A stretch of 39,596 bases of DNA from assembly GCA_002269645.1 (NCBI GenBank), contig NIVC01002765.1:1-39596 (forward strand). The letters are read 5' to 3'. The stretch is from Macrostomum lignano (taxonomy: Eukaryota). The notes below the pieces were generated by a model. It was given only the letters and a program-made list of their open reading frames with translations. It was not told where the DNA came from and did not search any database. The translations under genes and the position numbers were made by a program. Of this stretch, positions 27,401 to 36,400 are shown in pieces (position 1 is the first letter of the stretch; every line of letters begins with the position of its first letter).

Positions 27401-30400
27401 CTCCATCGAATGACCTGTGGGTAGCTCCATCGAATGAACCTGTGGGTAGCTCCATCGGATGAACCTGAGGGTAGCTCCATCGATGAACCTGAGGGTAGCT
27501 CCATCGGATGAACCTGAGGGTAGCTCCATCGATGAACCTGAGGGTAGCTCCATCGATGACCTGTGGGTAGCTCCATCGAATGACCTGTGGGTAGCTCCAT
27601 CGAATGACCTGTGGGTAGCTCCATCGAATGACCTGTGGGTAGCTCCATCGAATGACCTGTGGGTAGCTCCATCGAATGACCTGTGGGTAGCTCCATCGAT
27701 GAACCTGTGGGTAGCTCCATCGATGAACCTGAGGGTAGCTCCATCGATGAACCTGAGGGTAGCTCCATCGATGAACCTGAGGGTAGCTCCATCGGATGAA
27801 CCTGAGGGTAGCTCCATCGATGAACCTGAGGGTAGCTCCATCGATGAATCTGAGGGTAGCTCCATCGAATGACCTGTGGGTAGCTCCATCGAATGACCTG
27901 TGGGTAGCTCCATCGAATGACCTGTGGGTAGCTCCATCGAATGACCTGTGGGTAGCTCCATCGAATGACCTGTGGGTAGCTCCATCGAATGACCTGGGTA
28001 GCTCCATCGATGAACCTGAGGGTAGCTCCATCGATGAACCTGAGGGTAGCTCCATCGATGACCTGTGGGTAGCTCCATCGATGAACCTGGGTAGCTCCAT
28101 CGATGACCTGTGGTAGCTCCATCGAATGACCTGTGGGTAGCTCCATCGAATGACCTGTGGGTAGCTCCATCGAATGACCTGTGGGTAGCTCCATCGAATG
28201 ACCTGTGGGTAGCTCCATCGAATGACCTGTGGGTAGCTCCATCGAATGACCTGTGGGTAGCTCCATCGAATGACCTGTGGGTAGCTCCATCGAATGACCT
28301 GTGGGTAGCTCCATCGAATGAACCTGAGGGTAGCTCCATCGATGAACCTGAGGGTAGCTCCATCGATGAACCTGAGGGTAGCTCCATCGATGAACCTGAG
28401 GGTAGCTCCATCGATGAACCTGAGGGTAGCTCCATCGATGAACCTGGTAGCTCCATCGAATGACCTGTGGGTAGCTCCATCGATGAACCTGAGGGTAGCT
28501 CCATCGATGAACCTGGGTAGCTCCATCGATGAACCTGAGGGTAGCTCCATCGATGAACCTGAGGGTAGCTCCATCGATGACCTGTGGGTAGCTCCATCGA
28601 GACCTGTGGGTAGCTCCATCGAATGACCTGTGGGTAGCTCCATCGAATGACCTGTGGGTAGCTCCATCGAATGACCTGTGGGTAGCTCCATCGAATGACC
28701 TGTGGGTAGCTCCATCGAATGACCTGTGGGTAGCTCCATCGAATGACCTGTGGGTAGCTCCATCGATGAACCTGAGGGTAGCTCCATCGATGAACCTGAG
28801 GGTAGCTCCATCGATGAACCTGAGGGTAGCTCCATCGATGAACCTGAGGGTAGCTCCATCGATGACCTGTGGGTAGCTCCATCGAATGACCTGTGGGTAG
28901 CTCCATCGAATGACCTGTGGGTAGCTCCATCGAATGACCTGTGGGTAGCTCCATCGAATGACCTGTGGGTAGCTCCATCGATGAACCTGAGGGTAGCTCC
29001 ATCGATGAACCTGAGGGTAGCTCCATCGATGAACCTGAGGGTAGCTCCATCGATGAACCTGAGGGTAGCTCCATCGATGACCTGTGGGTAGCTCCATCGA
29101 GACCTGTGGGTAGCTCCATCGAATGACCTGTGGGTAGCTCCATCGAATGACCTGTGGGTAGCTCCATCGAATGACCTGTGGGTAGCTCCATCGAATGACC
29201 TGTGGGTAGCTCCATCGAATGACCTGAGGGTAGCTCCATCGATGACCTGAGGGTAGCTCCATCGATGAACCTGAGGGTAGCTCCATCGATGAACCTGAGG
29301 GTAGCTCCATCGATGAACCTGAGGGTAGCTCCATCGATGAACCTGAGGGTAGCTCCATCGATGAACCTGAGGGTAGCTCCATCGATGAACCTGAGGGTAG
29401 CTCCATCGATGACCTGTGGGTAGCTCCATCGAATGACCTGTGGGTAGCTCCATCGAATGACCTGTGGGTAGCTCCATCGAATGACCTGTGGGTAGCTCCA
29501 TCGAATGACCTGTGGGTAGCTCCATCGAATGACCTGTGGGTAGCTCCATCGAATGACCTGTGGGTAGCTCCATCGAATGACCTGTGGGTAGCTCCATCGA
29601 TGAACCTGAGGGTAGCTCCATCGATGAACCTGAGGGTAGCTCCATCGATGAACCTGAGGGTAGCTCCATCGGATGAACCTGAGGGTAGCTCCATCGGATG
29701 AACCTGAGGGTAGCTCCATCGATGAACCTGAGGGTAGCTCCATCGATGAACCTGAGGGTAGCTCCATCGAATGACCTGTGGGTAGCTCCATCGAATGACC
29801 TGTGGGTAGCTCCATCGAATGACCTGTGGGTAGCTCCATCGAATGACCTGTGGGTAGCTCCATCGAATGACCTGTGGGTAGCTCCATCGAATGACCTGTG
29901 GGTAGCTCCATCGAATGACCTGTGGGTAGCTCCATCGAATGACCTGTGGGTAGCTCCATCGATGAACCTGAGGGTAGCTCCATCGATGAACCTGAGGGTA
30001 GCTCCATCGATGAACCTGAGGGTAGCTCCATCGATGAACCTGAGGGTAGCTCCATCGATGAACCTGAGGGTAGCTCCATCGATGAACCTGAGGGTAGCTC
30101 CATCGATGAACCTGAGGGTAGCTCCATCGATGAACCTGAGGGTAGCTCCATCGAATGACCTGTGGGTAGCTCCATCGAATGACCTGTGGGTAGCTCCATC
30201 GAATGACCTGTGGGTAGCTCCATCGAATGACCTGTGGGTAGCTCCATCGAATGACCTGTGGGTAGCTCCATCGAATGACCTGTGGGTAGCTCCATCGAAT
30301 GACCTGTGGGTAGCTCCATCGAATGACCTGTGGGTAGCTCCATCGAATGACCTGTGGGTAGCTCCATCGAGACCTGTGGGTAGCTCCATCGAATGACCTG

Positions 30401-33400
30401 TGGGTAGCTCCATCGAATGAACCTGAGGGTAGCTCCATCGATGAACCTGAGGGTAGCTCCATCGATGAACCTGAGGGTAGCTCCATCGATGAACCTGAGG
30501 GTAGCTCCATCGATGAACCTGAGGGTAGCTCCATCGATGAACCTGAGGGTAGCTCCATCGATGAACCTGTGGTAGCTCCATCGAATGACCTGTGGGTAGC
30601 TCCATCGATGACCTGAGGGTAGCTCCATCGATGAACCTGAGGGTAGCTCCATCGATGAACCTGAGGGTAGCTCCATCGATGAACCTGAGGGTAGCTCCAT
30701 CGATGACCTGTGGGTAGCTCCATCGAGACCTGTGGGTAGCTCCATCGAATGACCTGTGGGTAGCTCCATCGAATGACCTGTGGGTAGCTCCATCGAATGA
30801 CCTGTGGGTAGCTCCATCGATGAACCTGAGGGTAGCTCCATCGGATGAACCTGAGGGTAGCTCCATCGGATGAACCTGAGGGTAGCTCCATCGGATGAAC
30901 CTGAGGGTAGCTCCATCGATGACCTGTGGGTAGCTCCATCGAATGACCTGTGGGTAGCTCCATCGAATGACCTGTGGGTAGCTCCATCGAATGACCTGTG
31001 GGTAGCTCCATCGAATGACCTGTGGGTAGCTCCATCGAATGACCTGTGGGTAGCTCCATCGAATGACCTGTGGGTAGCTCCATCGATGAACCTGAGGGTA
31101 GCTCCATCGATGAACCTGAGGGTAGCTCCATCGATGAACCTGAGGGTAGCTCCATCGGATGAACCTGAGGGTAGCTCCATCGGATGAACCTGAGGGTAGC
31201 TCCATCGGATGAACCTGAGGGTAGCTCCATCGATGAACCTGAGGGTAGCTCCATCGAATGACCTGTGGGTAGCTCCATCGAATGACCTGTGGGTAGCTCC
31301 ATCGAATGACCTGTGGGTAGCTCCATCGAATGACCTGTGGGTAGCTCCATCGAATGACCTGTGGGTAGCTCCATCGAATGACCTGTGGGTAGCTCCATCG
31401 AATGACCTGTGGGTAGCTCCATCGAATGACCTGTGGGTAGCTCCATCGATGAACCTGAGGGTAGCTCCATCGGATGAACCTGAGGTAGCTCCATCGGATG
31501 AACCTGAGGGTAGCTCCATCGGATGAACCTGAGGGTAGCTCCATCGGATGACCTGTGGGTAGCTCCATCGAATGACCGTGGGTAGCTCCATCGAATGACC
31601 TGTGGTAGCTCCATCGAATGACCTGTGGGTAGCTCCATCGAATGACCTGTGGGTAGCTCCATCGAATGACCTGTGGGTAGCTCCATCGAATGACCTGTGG
31701 GTAGCTCCATCGAATGACCTGTGGGTAGCTCCATCGATGACCTGTGGGTAGCTCCATCGATGAACCTGAGGGTAGCTCCATCGATGAACCTGAGGGTAGC
31801 TCCATCGGATGAACCTGAGGGTAGCTCCATCGGATGAACCTGAGGGTAGCTCCATCGGATGAACCTGAGGGTAGCTCCATCGGATGAATCTGAGGGTAGC
31901 TCCATCGAATGACCTGTGGGTAGCTCCATCGAATGACCTGTGGGTAGCTCCATCGAATGACCTGTGGGTAGCTCCATCGAATGACCTGTGGGTAGCTCCA
32001 TCGAATGACCTGTGGGTAGCTCCATCGAATGACCTGTGGGTAGCTCCATCGAATGACCTGTGGGTAGCTCCATCGAATGACCTGTGGGTAGCTCCATCGA
32101 ATGACCTGTGGGTAGCTCCATCGATGAACCTGAGGGTAGCTCCATCGGATGAACCTGAGGGTAGCTCCATCGGATGAACCTGAGGGTAGCTCCATCGGAT
32201 GAACCTGAGGGTAGCTCCATCGATGAACCTGAGGGTAGCTCCATCGATGAATCTGAGGGTAGCTCCATCGATGAACCTGAGGGTAGCTCCATCGATGAAT
32301 CTGAGGGTAGCTCCATCGAATGACCTGTGGGTAGCTCCATCGAATGACCTGTGGGTAGCTCCATCGAATGACCTGTGGGTAGCTCCATCGAATGACCTGT
32401 GGGTAGCTCCATCGAATGACCTGTGGGTAGCTCCATCGAATGACCTGTGGGTAGCTCCATCGAATGACCTGTGGGTAGCTCCATCGATGAACCTGAGGTA
32501 GCTCCATCGGATGAACCTGAGGGTAGCTCCATCGATGAACCTGAGGGTAGCTCCATCGATGACCTGTGGGTAGCTCCATCGAATGACCGTGGGTAGCTCC
32601 ATCGAATGACCTGTGGGTAGCTCCATCGAATGACCTGTGGGTAGCTCCATCGAATGACCTGTGGGTAGCTCCATCGAATGACCTGTGGGTAGCTCCATCG
32701 ATGAACCTGAGGGTAGCTCCATCGATGAACCTGAGGGTAGCTCCATCGATGAACCTGAGGGTAGCTCCATCGATGAACCTGAGGGTAGCTCCATCGGATG
32801 ACCTGTGGGTAGCTCCATCGAATGACCTGTGGGTAGCTCCATCGAATGACCTGTGGGTAGCTCCATCGAATGACCTGTGGGTAGCTCCATCGAATGACCT
32901 GTGGGTAGCTCCATCGAATGACCTGTGGGTAGCTCCATCGAATGACCTGTGGGTAGCTCCATCGATGAACCTGAGGGTAGCTCCATCGATGAACCTGAGG
33001 GTAGCTCCATCGATGAACCTGAGGGTAGCTCCATCGATGAACCTGAGGGTAGCTCCATCGGATGAACCTGAGGGTAGCTCCATCGGATGAACTGAGGGTA
33101 GCTCCATCGGATGAACCTGAGGGTAGCTCCATCGAATGACCTGTGGGTAGCTCCATCGAATGACCTGTGGGTAGCTCCATCGAATGACCTGTGGGTAGCT
33201 CCATCGAATGACCTGTGGGTAGCTCCATCGAATGACCTGTGGGTAGCTCCATCGAATGACCTGTGGGTAGCTCCATCGAATGACCTGTGGGTAGCTCCAT
33301 CGAATGACCTGTGGGTAGCTCCATCGAATGACCTGTGGGTAGCTCCATCGATGAACCTGAGGGTAGCTCCATCGGATGAACCTGAGGGTAGCTCCATCGG

Positions 33401-36400
33401 ATGAATCTGAGGGTAGCTCCATCGGATGAACCTGAGGGTAGCTCCATCGATGACCTGTGGGTAGCTCCATCGAATGACCGTGGGTAGCTCCATCGAATGA
33501 CCTGTGGGTAGCTCCATCGAATGACCTGTGGGTAGCTCCATCGAATGACCTGTGGGTAGCTCCATCGAATGACCTGTGGGTAGCTCCATCGAATGACCTG
33601 TGGGTAGCTCCATCGAATGACCTGTGGGTAGCTCCATCGATGACCTGTGGGTAGCTCCATCGATGAACCTGAGGGTAGCTCCATCGATGAACCTGAGGGT
33701 AGCTCCATCGGATGAACCTGAGGGTAGCTCCATCGGATGAACCTGAGGGTAGCTCCATCGATGAACCTGAGGTAGCTCCATCGGATGAACTGAGGGTAGC
33801 TCCATCGAATGACCTGTGGGTAGCTCCATCGAATGACCTGTGGGTAGCTCCATCGAATGACCTGTGGGTAGCTCCATCGAATGACCTGTGGGTAGCTCCA
33901 TCGAATGACCTGTGGGTAGCTCCATCGAATGACCTGTGGGTAGCTCCATCGAATGACCTGTGGGTAGCTCCATCGAATGACCTGTGGGTAGCTCCATCGA
34001 ATGACCTGTGGGTAGCTCCATCGATGAACCTGAGGGTAGCTCCATCGGATGAACCTGAGGGTAGCTCCATCGATGAACCTGAGGGTAGCTCCATCGGATG
34101 AACCTGAGGGTAGCTCCATCGGATGAACCTGAGGGTAGCTCCATCGATGAATCTGAGGGTAGCTCCATCGATGAACCTGAGGGTAGCTCCATCGATGAAC
34201 CTGAGGGTAGCTCCATCGAATGACCTGTGGGTAGCTCCATCGAATGACCTGTGGGTAGCTCCATCGAATGACCTGTGGGTAGCTCCATCGAATGACCTGT
34301 GGGTAGCTCCATCGAATGACCTGTGGGTAGCTCCATCGAATGACCTGTGGGTAGCTCCATCGAATGACCTGTGGGTAGCTCCATCGATGAACCTGAGGTA
34401 GCTCCATCGGATGAATCTGAGGGTAGCTCCATCGGATGAACCTGAGGGTAGCTCCATCGATGACCTGTGGGTAGCTCCATCGAATGACCGTGGGTAGCTC
34501 CATCGAATGACCTGTGAGTAGCTCCATCGAATGACCTGTGGGTAGCTCCATCGAATGACCTGTGGGTAGCTCCATCGAATGACCTGTGGGTAGCTCCATC
34601 GAATGACCTGTGGGTAGCTCCATCGAATGACCTGTGGGTAGCTCCATCGAGACCTGTGGGTAGCTCCATCGAATGACCTGTGGGTAGCTCCATCGAATGA
34701 ACCTGAGGGTAGCTCCATCGATGAACCTGAGGGTAGCTCCATCGATGAACCTGAGGGTAGCTCCATCGATGAACCTGAGGGTAGCTCCATCGATGAACCT
34801 GAGGGTAGCTCCATCGATGAACCTGAGGGTAGCTCCATCGATGAATCTGTGAGTAGCTCCATCGAATGACCTGTGGGTAGCTCCATCGATGAATCTGAGG
34901 GTAGCTCCATCGATGAACCTGTGGGTAGCTCCATCGATGAACTGAGGGTAGCTCCATCGGATGAACCTGAGGGTAGCTCCATGAGACCTGTGGGTAGCTC
35001 CATCGAGACCTGTGGGTAGCTCCATCGAATGACCTGTGGGTAGCTCCATCGAATGACCTGTGGGTAGCTCCATCGAATGACCTGTGGGTAGCTCCATCGA
35101 ATGACCTGTGGGTAGCTCCATCGAATGACCTGTGGGTAGCTCCATCGAATGACCTGTGGGTAGCTCCATCGATGAACCTGAGGGTAGCTCCATCGATGAA
35201 CCTGAGGGTAGCTCCATCGGATGAACCTGAGGGTAGCTCCATCGATGAACCTGAGGGTAGCTCCATCGATGACCTGTGGGTAGCTCCATCGAATGACCTG
35301 TGGGTAGCTCCATCGAATGACCTGTGGGTAGCTCCATCGAATGACCTGTGGGTAGCTCCATCGAATGACCTGTGGGTAGCTCCATCGATGAACCTGAGGG
35401 TAGCTCCATCGATGAACCTGAGGGTAGCTCCATCGATGAACCTGAGGGTAGCTCCATCGATGAATCTGAGGGTAGCTCCATGATGACCTGTGGGTAGCTC
35501 CATCGAGACCTGTGGGTAGCTCCATCGAATGACCTGTGGGTAGCTCCATCGAATGACCTGTGGGTAGCTCCATCGAATGACCTGTGGGTAGCTCCATCGA
35601 TGAACCTGAGGGTAGCTCCATCGATGAACCTGAGGGTAGCTCCATCGGATGAACCTGAGGGTAGCTCCATCGATGAACCTGAGGGTAGCTCCATCGATGA
35701 ACCTGAGGGTAGCTCCATCGATGAACCTGAGGGTAGCTCCATCGATGAACCTGAGGGTAGCTCCATCGAATGACCTGTGGGTAGCTCCATCGAATGACCT
35801 GTGGGTAGCTCCATCGAATGACCTGTGGGTAGCTCCATCGAATGACCTGTGGGTAGCTCCATCGAATGACCTGTGGGTAGCTCCATCGAATGACCTGTGG
35901 GTAGCTCCATCGAATGACCTGTGGGTAGCTCCATCGAATGACCTGTGGGTAGCTCCATCGATGAACCTGAGGGTAGCTCCATCGGATGAACCTGAGGTAG
36001 CTCCATCGGATGAATCTGAGGGTAGCTCCATCGGATGAACCTGAGGGTAGCTCCATCGGATGACCTGGGTAGCTCCATCGAATGACCTGGGTAGCTCCAT
36101 CGAATGACCTGTGGTAGCTCCATCGAATGACCTGTGGGTAGCTCCATCGAATGACCTGTGGGTAGCTCCATCGAATGACCTGTGGGTAGCTCCATCGAAT
36201 GACCTGTGGGTAGCTCCATCGAATGACCTGTGGGTAGCTCCATCGATGACCTGTGGGTAGCTCCATCGATGAACCTGAGGGTAGCTCCATCGATGAACCT
36301 GAGGGTAGCTCCATCGATGAACCTGAGGGTAGCTCCATCGGATGAACCTGAGGGTAGCTCCATCGGATGAACCTGAGGGTAGCTCCATCGGATGAATCTG

